This document shows positions 18,219 to 28,500 of a stretch of DNA of 31,266 nucleotides, in pieces. The stretch is taken from positions 1 to 31,266 of the forward strand of contig JBFGZE010000031.1 of the NCBI GenBank assembly GCA_041586955.1, read 5' to 3'. Both the position numbers and the translations under genes were made by a program. How positions within the stretch are numbered: position 1 is the first letter of the stretch; each line of letters begins with the position of its first letter. This DNA is from Bacteriovoracaceae bacterium. GTDB taxonomy: Bacteria; Bdellovibrionota; Bacteriovoracia; Bacteriovoracales; Bacteriovoracaceae. The notes beneath the pieces are model-generated. The model was not told the origin of the DNA, searched no databases, and saw nothing but the letters and a program-made list of their open reading frames with translations.

Positions 18219-18247
18219 AGGTTAAAGCATTTCTATGTGCACGTCAA
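18219..18247 (-). promoter_or_regulatory. Putative sigma70 promoter of zapA-ygfA-rny
   Basis: TTGACG-N17-TAACCT, ending 8 nt before the zapA ATG. Confidence 0.55.
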
Positions 18248-18266
18248 AGCCAAGCGTGGCATAAAG

Positions 18267-19448
18267 TCAGGCCAACAGGGCATCAATATAATCATCCAAG
18301 TGAAAGGTATTTAGGTCCTCAACACTCTCTCCAACACCAATATAAGTAATGGGTACATTTAATTTTTCAACAATTGAAATAGCACTCCCTGCCTTGGAGG
18401 AGCCGTCACATTTTGTGAAAATAAGGCCTGTTAAATCAAGAGTCTGATGAAATTCTTCCGCTTGCCGCATTGCATTTTGACCGGTAATTGCATCAAGAAC
18501 CAAAAGGGTGTGATGAGGAGCACTCGGATCAAGCTTCTTTAGAACTTCTTTACTCTTTTTTAACTCCTCCATAAGATTCCCCTTGGTATGCAGACGTCCC
18601 GCCGTGTCAAGAATGCAATAATCCGCTTTCTGCGCCATCGCACTTTGCAAGGCCTCGTAACCAACGCCACTAGGGTTCGACCCTTCTTTGGCGCGAATCA
18701 TCGTGGCCCCTGAACGTTCACACCACACTTGCAATTGGTCAACCGCCGCAGCGCGAAAGGTATCACAGGCACCCACAACAACTTTGGCCCCCTGAGCAGT
18801 CAATTTTGTCGCTAATTTTCCAATAGTGGTTGTTTTACCAGCACCATTAACACCAACGATCATAATAACCTTCAGGCCTTTTTCTTTATTAAATTCAAAA
18901 AGTCCAGTATCTACAGATGTTTGAATCGGGCCCATTTTTTCGCGAATAAAGCCTCCTAAAAACTCTTTAAACGCACCCTGATCGAAGTTCGCTTCTTTAT
19001 TCTTTTCTTCTAGGCCTTCAATAAGCTCTTGCACCATTTTTGGTCCAATATCAGCAGAATAAAGAAGTTCTTCCACCTCTTCTAATTGCTCTTCACTTAA
19101 AGAACCCTTGCCAAAAAAGCTACCTAGCTTGCCCCAGATTTCATTGCGAGACTGCGATAACCCTTTTTTCAATTTATCTGACCAAGAAACTTTTATTTCA
19201 ACAATTGGAGGAGCTTCAGAAACGGTAGGACCTAATGGTTCTTCCTTCTCTTTAGCAATAGGTTGCTCAAGCTCTACGTCTTTTTTGGGAATATCTTCAG
19301 AAACACGCGGGGCCCCACCCTTTTCACATAATTTAAATATTGAGGCCAAAAGAATAAATAAAATCGCGGCCAATCCAAATACATCTCCTTCATTGGCCAT
19401 AAGCTCAACGCCTAAGATTCTATATAATTCTGTGATTAACGCTTCCAT
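18267..19448 (-). CDS. ftsY: Signal recognition particle receptor FtsY
   Basis: GVNGAGKTTTIGKLA, DTFRAAA, DTAGR, DAITGQN, TKCDGSSKAG, IGVGE; N-terminal TM segment; AAGGAG RBS. Confidence 0.97.
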   Translation of the reverse strand: MEALITELYRILGVELMANEGDVFGLAAILFILLASIFKLCEKGGAPRVSEDIPKKDVELEQPIAKEKEEPLGPTVSEAPPIVEIKVSWSDKLKKGLSQSRNEIWGKLGSFFGKGSLSEEQLEEVEELLYSADIGPKMVQELIEGLEEKNKEANFDQGAFKEFLGGFIREKMGPIQTSVDTGLFEFNKEKGLKVIMIVGVNGAGKTTTIGKLATKLTAQGAKVVVGACDTFRAAAVDQLQVWCERSGATMIRAKEGSNPSGVGYEALQSAMAQKADYCILDTAGRLHTKGNLMEELKKSKEVLKKLDPSAPHHTLLVLDAITGQNAMRQAEEFHQTLDLTGLIFTKCDGSSKAGSAISIVEKLNVPITYIGVGESVEDLNTFHLDDYIDALLA

Positions 19449-19527
19449 TAGATTCTACTCCTTGCAAATTTAGAGGCACTATGACAAAGAGAAAAACAAA
19501 AGACAACCTTTGCACAAAGCGCATAAA

Positions 19528-20499
19528 ATGAAGCAGCACAACATTTTGCCCCTTTTTCATGGATATAATTGGATAAAAGAATTTTTTCAAGAAAATGACT
19601 TCCTGGAAGTGCCATCACCTCCATTGGTGTCCAATCCAGGCATGGAGCCCCATATTCATCCTTTTACTGTCTCTTCCACCTATGGCCGAAACCAGCATCA
19701 TGGATTTTTAAATACCTCTCCTGAATTTTGGATGAAAAACGTCCTCGCCCTAGGTCTTAAAAATATTTATACCCTTAATTATTCTTTTAGAGATGAGCCT
19801 AAATCAGATCACCACCGTTCTCAATTTCTAATGCTTGAATGGTATCGAGCTGGCCATCATTATTCTAAGATTATGGAAGATTGCCGCCATCTTATTCTTT
19901 TTCTCGAGAAGAAATTCCAATCTCTTGGTTACCCAAAAATAACGAATGGCCCGATACCGATCAAAACCATTCAAGAAATTTTTAGTGATATCCTTAATAT
20001 TGATATTTTCAATTATCTACAATTGGAAGAAATTAAACAATTAATGAAGACCCAATTTTCATCCTTGTATGTCGAAGATGAGAAAATGAGCTGGGATGAT
20101 TATTATTTCCTTCTCTTTCTCAATTTAATTGAGCCCCAATTAAATAAATATCCCGTTATCATTCTCAAAGAATTTCCTTATCACCTGCGGGCCTTATCCA
20201 CATTAAAAAAAGACAACCCTAAAGTTGCTGAACGTTTTGAGATCTATATCAACGGAGTTGAAATTGGCAATTGCTTTAATGAAGTGACTTCCCTTGAGGA
20301 TCAAAAAATAATTTTCAAACAATACGAAAAAGAAAAACAAAACCTCTACCAATACCATTTGCCAGAACCAACTCTCCTCTACCAGGCCCTAGAAAAAGGT
20401 CTCCCTTTCTCATCCGGCATCGCCATTGGCGTTGAAAGACTAATTAGTTCAATGATGGGATTGCGTGAACCTATTTTCACCGTCGATTTATTGAATTAA
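19528..20499 (+). CDS. epmA: EF-P lysine aminoacylase (EpmA/GenX/PoxA)
   Basis: LysRS catalytic-domain paralog without anticodon domain: FLEVPSP, EPHIHPF, LNTSPEFWMK, FRDE, FLMLEWYR, AERFEIYINGVEIGNCFNE, SGIAIGVERL. Start 19528 (alternative 19510). Confidence 0.92.
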   Translation: MKQHNILPLFHGYNWIKEFFQENDFLEVPSPPLVSNPGMEPHIHPFTVSSTYGRNQHHGFLNTSPEFWMKNVLALGLKNIYTLNYSFRDEPKSDHHRSQFLMLEWYRAGHHYSKIMEDCRHLILFLEKKFQSLGYPKITNGPIPIKTIQEIFSDILNIDIFNYLQLEEIKQLMKTQFSSLYVEDEKMSWDDYYFLLFLNLIEPQLNKYPVIILKEFPYHLRALSTLKKDNPKVAERFEIYINGVEIGNCFNEVTSLEDQKIIFKQYEKEKQNLYQYHLPEPTLLYQALEKGLPFSSGIAIGVERLISSMMGLREPIFTVDLLN

Positions 20500-21276
20500 T
20501 CCATTGAATGAAAGATGCACCTTAATGAATATTTCTGATTTAATATGCTGGAGGGGGACGGCTTTGGCCCAATTGCGGTGAAACTCTGGGCTTTCATTAA
20601 TACGTACTTCATTCTTCCACGATTTTTTGAACTTCTTGGCAATATCAGCTGAAAAAAGAGCATACCAATTATAAGCTTCCTCTTCATCACGAACGAAGAG
20701 TTCATCAAATATTTCTAATGATTTCTCGGCGACCAAACGCTTTAATGTATAAAAATTAAAGAGGTCAATTTTTTCTTGGGTTATATGATGGCCCAAATAT
20801 ATATCCATAAAGGAGATCGCAAAATCAACGACTGAATCATTAATCGGTTTATCAAAGTTTTCCAGACCCTTATAGGTATGATCCAAAATAAGTGCGCGAT
20901 AAACTCCTTCTCGGCTTCCCCCTTGCTTGAGGACATTAAGCCATCTGACAAGATCTTTATCTTGTGCTTTAAAATTACGAATCGCTAAAAATACTTCACG
21001 AACAAAAAGCTCGTCATAACGAGCTTTCTTTTTTTGATCAATGGACTCATTTTTCTTCTTATATTGGTATTCAATCGTTTTTTTATTTGTTTTTTTTAAT
21101 TGAGTTAAATCAGGCATTTTGATGTCATGAGTTTCAATATCAAACCAAGTCTTAGCTCTCTCCTGGCCAATTATACTAACAATATAAGGACCTATCTTAT
21201 CTTTAATAACCGATTCGTTGGCATAGGCAAAAGAGGATTGAAAAATAAAAGCACAATATAATAAATGTCGACGCAT
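20488..21276 (-). CDS. Secreted hypothetical alpha-helical protein
   Basis: GGAG RBS before Met at 21276; signal peptide ending AYA; WLNVLKQGGSREGVYRALI motif. Confidence 0.7.
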   Translation of the reverse strand: MRRHLLYCAFIFQSSFAYANESVIKDKIGPYIVSIIGQERAKTWFDIETHDIKMPDLTQLKKTNKKTIEYQYKKKNESIDQKKKARYDELFVREVFLAIRNFKAQDKDLVRWLNVLKQGGSREGVYRALILDHTYKGLENFDKPINDSVVDFAISFMDIYLGHHITQEKIDLFNFYTLKRLVAEKSLEIFDELFVRDEEEAYNWYALFSADIAKKFKKSWKNEVRINESPEFHRNWAKAVPLQHIKSEIFIKVHLSFNGLIQ

Positions 21277-21327
21277 AAAAACTCCGATATTTATTATATG
21301 CTTAAAATTTATAATCACACAGTGATT

Positions 21328-22725
21328 TTATGCGATCCCACCGACTAAATCGTAATCGAGAACTTCGTTTATTCTAACCTTAACAATTTCTCCGACCTTT
21401 AACTCTTTACCGGCCAAATCGTTAATAATGACTTTCCCGTCAATATCTGGTGCTTGACCAAAGTGACGACCTTGAATCAGTAACTCAGTTTCTTCATGCT
21501 CTCCTTCAATAAGAACCTCAATGTCTCTACCTAGAAATTTCTGATTCTGCTTACGGGCAATTTCCTTTTGCACTTCAAATAATTGATCAAAGCGCTCTTC
21601 GATTATATCTTGATCAACCTTGTTCTTTAAACGGAAAGCAGGCGTTCCCTCTTCATCAGAATAGCGAAAAATGCCAAGGTGATTAAATTCTGCTTCTTCA
21701 ACACCCTTTAGCAATTTTTGAAAGTCTTCTTCTGTTTCGCCAGGAAAGCCAACAATAATAGAAGTACGAAGTACTATATTTGGAATTAATTCTTTTAACT
21801 TTTGAACGCGATTCATAATTTGGTCGCCAGTAATCTTACGGTTCATCCGTCTTAAAACATTATCCGAAAAATGCTGGACAGGCATATCAAGGTAGGAACA
21901 AATTTTCTTAGACCTCGCCATTAATTCAATGACCTCATCGGTTAACTCATCTGGGTAAAAATAAAATAAGCGAATCCAATCGACTCCTTGGACTTCTTCT
22001 AGTCCCGTCAAAAGGGCAAATAAATTGTCACTATCCCCAAGATCAACCCCGTAATCAGAAAGATCCTGGGAAATAAGATTTAACTCTCTCACTCCATCAG
22101 CAGCGAGCTTTTTTGCTTCTGCTATAAGGCTATCGACGCTACGAGATCTTAAGCGCCCTCGCAAGGTGGGAATAATACAAAAGGTGCAATTGCGATTACA
22201 GCCTTCGGAAATTTTTAACCACGCGGTGTAGAATGGCGACGTATTCAAACGCGGGTCAAATTCAGTATGAATAAATTTTGGAATTTCAACGAATGATTTT
22301 TTTTCTAACGACCGATCTTCAAAAGCGCGTAATAGGGTTGTAATCTTATTATACTCACCAGTCCCAATGATAAGATCTACCTCCGGTAGCTCTTTTTCCA
22401 ATTCCTGACTATATCTTTGTGCCATACAACCTGAAACCACTAGGGCCTGACATTTTCCGATTTCTTCATTTTTATAATCGGCCAACTCAAGAATAGTATC
22501 GACTGATTCTGTTTTTGACGCTTCAATAAAAGAGCAAGTATTGACGACAATAACCTCGGCATCTTCCGGGGCAGTGGCTATAGTAAAACCATCAAGCCCC
22601 ATATGGCCTAACATGACTTGAGAATCGACAAGGTTTTTAGAACATCCTAAGGACGTAAAATAAACGGTTTTGTCTGCAAATTTTGGATAATTTTGGTTAG
22701 GTAAATGATTACCGGTATACGACAT
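21328..22725 (-). CDS. rimO: Ribosomal protein S12 methylthiotransferase RimO
   Basis: SLGCSKNLVDS, VNTCSFI, VSGCMAQRY, radical SAM CNRNCTFCIIP, IVGFPGETEEDF, APDIDG TRAM domain. Confidence 0.97.
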   Translation of the reverse strand: MSYTGNHLPNQNYPKFADKTVYFTSLGCSKNLVDSQVMLGHMGLDGFTIATAPEDAEVIVVNTCSFIEASKTESVDTILELADYKNEEIGKCQALVVSGCMAQRYSQELEKELPEVDLIIGTGEYNKITTLLRAFEDRSLEKKSFVEIPKFIHTEFDPRLNTSPFYTAWLKISEGCNRNCTFCIIPTLRGRLRSRSVDSLIAEAKKLAADGVRELNLISQDLSDYGVDLGDSDNLFALLTGLEEVQGVDWIRLFYFYPDELTDEVIELMARSKKICSYLDMPVQHFSDNVLRRMNRKITGDQIMNRVQKLKELIPNIVLRTSIIVGFPGETEEDFQKLLKGVEEAEFNHLGIFRYSDEEGTPAFRLKNKVDQDIIEERFDQLFEVQKEIARKQNQKFLGRDIEVLIEGEHEETELLIQGRHFGQAPDIDGKVIINDLAGKELKVGEIVKVRINEVLDYDLVGGIA

Positions 22726-22735
22726 ATTGCACCCA

Positions 22736-22764
22736 TTGAAAAAGACGTTAAGCTGCCTTTTAAT
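22736..22764 (+). promoter_or_regulatory. Possible sigma70 promoter of slt
   Basis: TTGAAA-N17-TTTAAT in the rimO/slt divergent gap; AT-rich context weakens the call. Confidence 0.35.
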
Positions 22765-22847
22765 ATAAATAAGTGTCTTTTTAAAGGCTTATGAACTTTT
22801 TTCGCTCAGGTCATTCCACTAACCTATTGAAAATAAAGGAATTCGTA

Positions 22848-24953
22848 ATGAATTTAACAAAAATATTATTCAACTTAGCAACGATACTGACTATCTTTAT
22901 AGCTGGATGCGCTGGACTTTCGGAAAACTCATCTCTCGACCTTCCAACAGCAATTACCTTATCTGAAAATTCGGCCGGGCCTATTTTAGACAATGACCCC
23001 GCTTATAAAAAAATAGCGTTTCAATATCACTTGGCCAAAAAAAAATTCGCAGAAGAAAACTTTAATGAGAGTTGTACCCTTATCAAAGAAATTAATCTCT
23101 CTTATAAAGGCCCGATTGAAGCTCTTTTTTTAATTCAAGAAGTCAATTTTTGTCCGACCGAGAGAGAGTCACTTATTAGCTTTTTTAAAACCTTTTCTCC
23201 TCCTTCTTGGCTTAGTAATTTCTATTATCAATCAATGCTAGAGAAGGCCGAAAAATTTAAACTAAGTGAATATATTGCTGAATTCAAATATCAGTTGGCC
23301 AAAGTGACTGTCGCGAAACCCGAAAAAGTAAGATTAACACTCGAAGCGATTGAGGAATTGAAAAAGTCGAAGAACCAAGAATCGAAAAAAGAGTATCAAA
23401 AATATCTTTATAGTGTCGCCCCTCGGTATAATCAGAAAATTACCGAAGATAATATATATGCCGTTGCCGTTGATTATGAAGGAATACGAGAATTCGAAAA
23501 AGCACGTAAACTTTATCGCAGCATAATTGGAAAAGATAAGTACCCTATTGAATTAAAAGTACAAGCTTATGGCCGACTTAATATGAGTATTAAGAAGGAA
23601 CGAAAAAAACGCGAATACGTAGACGGAGTTGAGGCAAAGGCCTATTGGCTTAAATCGCTCATTAAAAATAATCAACATACAAAAATTGATCTTACCAAAC
23701 AACTCTTTAAAACCTATATTAAATTGGCACGTGCCCAATGGACATTGGGAGAAACGGATAAGGCGATCAAAGGACTCAATCACATTCTTAAAAGCACAGA
23801 TCAGAATGAATTTATTGCGCAGGCAAATTGGCTTCTAGGGCTTATTTATATTGAAAAGAAAGAAGTTCCCCGGGCATCAGAATATTTTACAACCGCTTTT
23901 AAAGTAATTGATTTAAGTGAGGATTTTGCCGAAAAACTCACATGGTACAACTTTTGGTCTCGCTATAAGCAAGGTAATTTTAAGGAGGCCAACGAATTCC
24001 TCACTCAATATATCAACCATAATAAAGATAAGTTTAGTTCTAAGTTCACATTTTGGTTGGCCAAATCACTTCAAAAGCTAAATGACAAAGAGCAGGCGAA
24101 TCAATTATTTAATAAAATAATCGATGAAGAAGCGTTTAATTATTATAGCATCCTTTCTCATTACGAAATTGATAAAAAGATCTCCCCTCTTAGCAAGCAT
24201 AATCCTAGGCCATCAAAAGAAATAGAATTATTTAATTGGCTTATTGCCCTCAATGAACCCGACCTACTAAAGGCGCAATTAAAGTCTCTTTCCGAAGATA
24301 AAAATTTTAAAAACCAAACAGCATTAATTCCTTATTATTATTATTCCAAAGATTATATGGGCGGTATTATTAATTTTTATTCTCTTGAAGAAGAAAAAAG
24401 AAAGGATATTGCCTTAGATAATATACTGACCATTTTCCCTACTCCTTATGAAACCATCATTAAAAAGCATGCCAGTAAAAATGAAGTTAATCCTTACCTT
24501 CTTTGGTCCATTGCCAGGCAAGAGTCTGCTTTTAATAGCAGAGCAAGAAGCTGGGCCGACGCTTTTGGAGTTCTCCAGATTACTCCTGAATTGGCCCGTT
24601 ATTTAAAAAAGAAGTATAAAGTTTCTTTTAATAATTACCTCGATCTTTACGATCCAGATAAAAATATTGAGTTTGCCTCGATCTACTTTAAAGAATTGCG
24701 GAAAAAGCATAAATATAACTTCATTAAATATGTGGCGAGTTATAATGCCAGTGAAAAGGCCGTGAATCGTTGGTTTAAACAAAGATATGAGGGTGATCCT
24801 ATCGAATTTATCGAGACTATACCTTACGACGAAACCCAAAAATATATCAAATTAGTCTTCCGTAACTTTATTACTTACCGTCGTTTATTTGCCGACGAAA
24901 AATTTGGGATTCACCCGAATTTCTTTATGGATGACCGAGTCGCTATTGAGTAA
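22848..24953 (+). CDS. slt: Slt70-like lytic murein transglycosylase with TPR-like repeats, predicted lipoprotein
   Basis: AAGGA RBS before Met at 22848; lipobox IAG-C; helical repeats; SLT motifs IARQESAF, GVLQI, SYNA, FIETIPYDETQKY. Confidence 0.9.
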   Translation: MNLTKILFNLATILTIFIAGCAGLSENSSLDLPTAITLSENSAGPILDNDPAYKKIAFQYHLAKKKFAEENFNESCTLIKEINLSYKGPIEALFLIQEVNFCPTERESLISFFKTFSPPSWLSNFYYQSMLEKAEKFKLSEYIAEFKYQLAKVTVAKPEKVRLTLEAIEELKKSKNQESKKEYQKYLYSVAPRYNQKITEDNIYAVAVDYEGIREFEKARKLYRSIIGKDKYPIELKVQAYGRLNMSIKKERKKREYVDGVEAKAYWLKSLIKNNQHTKIDLTKQLFKTYIKLARAQWTLGETDKAIKGLNHILKSTDQNEFIAQANWLLGLIYIEKKEVPRASEYFTTAFKVIDLSEDFAEKLTWYNFWSRYKQGNFKEANEFLTQYINHNKDKFSSKFTFWLAKSLQKLNDKEQANQLFNKIIDEEAFNYYSILSHYEIDKKISPLSKHNPRPSKEIELFNWLIALNEPDLLKAQLKSLSEDKNFKNQTALIPYYYYSKDYMGGIINFYSLEEEKRKDIALDNILTIFPTPYETIIKKHASKNEVNPYLLWSIARQESAFNSRARSWADAFGVLQITPELARYLKKKYKVSFNNYLDLYDPDKNIEFASIYFKELRKKHKYNFIKYVASYNASEKAVNRWFKQRYEGDPIEFIETIPYDETQKYIKLVFRNFITYRRLFADEKFGIHPNFFMDDRVAIE

Positions 24954-25536
24954 TTCTTGTCTTTTTGGGGGGCGTAAAAATGAAATGGCTTTTTTTAAAT
25001 TTCTTAGAGGTGTCTATTTTTGAAAAATAATAAGCTTTATTTTTACCACTGGCCTCATTCAATTCAATTTTAATCAAGTCCATAAAGCGAATTGAATTTT
25101 TGAAATACAACGTTGCTTTAATAAGATTGAGCTCTTTTTGTAGCTCCTTACTAAAGGTTAATTCTGCTATATTTTTATTTTTTTTAACCTTAAAATTCTT
25201 ATTTGAATGAAGCCCATTTCTAATCATATCAAATAAGCTAAAAATATCTCCCGGCCTTGTCGTGGTGATTGTCAGCTGTCCCTCTTCGCCCTCAAGCCCT
25301 GGAGGAGTATAATACCAAGTTTTTTGCGGGTTCCTTACAATCGTAGCGGCCTTGCCCAAAAGACTAAATCTACCTGGGTATAAATACTCCATTTTACCAG
25401 GTATTTTTTTCATTTTTCCACTATAGATACTCTTGTATCGTGTCTCATAATTAGCTTGAAAACTATTAGGTAAAAAATTGCCTTTCGCTTGTGTCGCCAA
25501 AGACAAAAAGATGAGGGTGATTATTAAAGATTTCAT
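24943..25536 (-). CDS. lolA: Outer-membrane lipoprotein carrier protein LolA family
   Basis: Signal peptide, FQANYE first strand, GKMEYLYPGRF, WYYTP, C-terminal FIFTPPK; 197 aa. Confidence 0.75.
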   Translation of the reverse strand: MKSLIITLIFLSLATQAKGNFLPNSFQANYETRYKSIYSGKMKKIPGKMEYLYPGRFSLLGKAATIVRNPQKTWYYTPPGLEGEEGQLTITTTRPGDIFSLFDMIRNGLHSNKNFKVKKNKNIAELTFSKELQKELNLIKATLYFKNSIRFMDLIKIELNEASGKNKAYYFSKIDTSKKFKKSHFIFTPPKKTRITQ

Positions 25537-28500
25537 TAATGTAATTGCACCGAAACAGCTTTTGAAATTCCGGGCTCCTGCATTGTGACACCATAGAGAG
25601 TGTCGTTAAGCTCCATAGTTTTCTTATTATGGGTAATAAGAATGAATTGAGATTCTTTACTCATTTCTCTTAGTAGTTCATTAAAACGACCCACATTGGC
25701 ATCATCTAATGGGGCGTCAACCTCATCCAGAAGACAAAATGGAGACGGTTTAACGAGGAAAATAGAGAAAATTAAACTCACCGCTGTAAGGGCCTTCTCT
25801 CCACCAGACATAAGATTAATATTCTGCATTTTCTTACCTGGAGGCTGAGCGATAATTTCGACACCACATTCAGGTTCATTAATATCACCAGAAACACTTA
25901 ACTTAGCACTTCCACCACCGAAAATAATGGGGAATACCTTCTGAAAGCGGGTATCAACTTCTTCAAAGGCAATCTTAAACCTTTCTTTTGATTTGATATC
26001 AATATGAGCGATAGCATTTTGTAGATCTTCAAGAGATTGTCTTAACTCTCCTTCTTGGACACTGAGGAAGTCAAAGCGTAGCTTTTGTCTTTCATAATCC
26101 TCAATCGCCTGCCAATTGATCTCTCCTAGTCGAGCGTACTCTGACTTAAATTGCTTTAAACGGCCATGTTGATCTTTCAAGTCCTGCCCATAACGGCGAG
26201 TAAACTCATAAGATTCGGGAAAAATTTCTTTCGTTCCCTCTTCCGTTTCAATAAAGAACATTTGATCAATATTTTGCAGCTCTTGATAATCACTCTCTTC
26301 AAATTCCAAAAATTTACCAATGGTGTCTCGTAAATTAACCTGGTGTTTTTCAAAGATATTGCGAACAATTTGCTCTTCTTCTTGAACATATTGAGTCAAT
26401 TTCGTCTCAATTTCGACTACTTCTTTTTCCGTTTTATTAATTTTGGAATTAAGGCCCTTGGCCTCCTCTTCTCGCTCTTGCATTTGTTGCAATAAAAGGA
26501 CGAGATCATCTTTTAAAATATTAAGGACGTCGTCTTTCTCTTGGAGGTCAGAAGCACTGGCCTGGTTATTTTCTTCTAACTCTCCCAACGAGTTATTAGC
26601 TTCTTCAATTTCAGTATTATATTTTTCAATCAATTCTTGGTTGGATACTTTTCTCTGCTCAAGTCTCTCAAGTTGACCTTCAACATCTGTCACTTGGCCA
26701 TTAATTGAATTGAGGCGCTCTTGAAAACTCTTCGCATGTAATTCTTTTTCAATTAATTCTTCTCTATTTTGAGAATATTGAGACTCTAAATCCTCAACAG
26801 ATTCTTTAAGGTAATCAAAGACTTCTTGTTTTTCATTAACATATTCTTCAATCTCAACCACTTTTTGATCGAGACCTTCTTCCGCTTCCATCAGATCAAG
26901 TCTCTTCTTGGAGATTTCGGCCTTTCTATTTTTAAGAATATCTAAGCGTGCATTCCCGGTTTCAAGGTTGGCCATCTTTGATTCTAAGGTCGATTTTTTT
27001 GCCGCATACTCGGCCTTTTGATCAGCTAAATTATTACGGATATGATCTAAACTTTCATTAAGCTCATTCACTTCTGCCTTAAGAGAAGCTTCTTTTTCCT
27101 CTTTTTCCTGAAGAAGTGCCATCGTATCTTCAAAGAGCTCTTTTAGTTCCTCAATTTTATTATTTCTTTCAATAACACCCTGGGCAGCATCTTTCTCGCT
27201 AACGACACTTAACATTGAACCATTTGATCCATTGTGAAGGACGATTGTTCCTTTCTTATCAACGAGACCTTTAAGCCCAATCGTGGACAATGTCTCGACC
27301 TTATCTAAAAGCAACTCATCAACGACAAAAAGGCCTTTTAAAATATTTTTCAGGTTCGGATCAACTTCTTGACTAAATTGAACGATTTCCTCGAGCGGCT
27401 TAACTTCACCTAGCCCTAATAATTTTAAACGCTCAATTATCTCCTGAGGAGTGTCAAAATTCTTAGGCTTAAGAAAATCAAGACCTTTACCTGTATTATT
27501 CTTAATCCACTCCAATAAATTATTCGCATTACCATTTTTTAATACCAATGCATTTAAATATTCATTTAATATGACCTGAACCGCTTTTGAGTACTCATCG
27601 GGGCATTGAATAATATTCCCGAATAAATCAAATGACCCATCGTTCACTTCATCCATAAAAGAAGCGATCCCCTCTTTCGCATGATCAAGGGATTGATTAA
27701 TTTCAATTAATGAATTGAATCGAGATTCAGTTTCAATTTTAATTTTAGTCTGGGTTTGAATTTCCTGTACGAGAGTTTCATAATCAGACTTTCTTTCACC
27801 CAGCTTCGCTCTTAGGGTCGATTCTTCTCTCACGAGAGCTTCAACATGGTCATTAAGATGATTGACCTCGTCTCTTTCTTTCGCAATATCACCATTAAAG
27901 CCACTATATTGATTCTCGAGAGCTTCAATCTCTTGAGTAATATCTTGAAGGTTGGCCGAGAATTCATCCAAACGTGATTTATTCTGGAAAACTTGTTGAT
28001 TCGTTTCAGCAAGCTCCTCCTTTTTCATGTTTAAATCTTCGGTTAACTCCGATAATTCGGCCTTTTTAAGCTCAAGCTCCTCTTTCAGATTTTCAACAAG
28101 CTCTTCCAGGTCTGAAAAGTTTTGCTCTTCATTACCTTCTGATTCTATGCGCTCTAAATCTGCCGCCAACGCTTCTAAGCGTTCTTTACGGTTTGTTAAC
28201 TCTTCTTGAATTTGCTCTAACTCTTTTTCTCTGGTGCCAATCAATTCTTCTTTTTGGGTAATACTTTTACAAAGGGAGTTTAATTTCTCCTCACTCGCAG
28301 CTAGTTCGCGAGAGATTTCGTTAAACTCTTTTTGTAATTCATCAATTTTCTCAGTTTTTTCCTCTCGTTGAATTCGCTCCCCTTCAAGAGAAACTTCTAG
28401 CGTCTCCTTTCGAGTGGCCCAATCTTGCAGCTCAATCTGGCTTTCATTCAGACGAGTCTTGCCATCTTTAAGCCCTTTTAAAAGGTCGAAAACCTTATGG

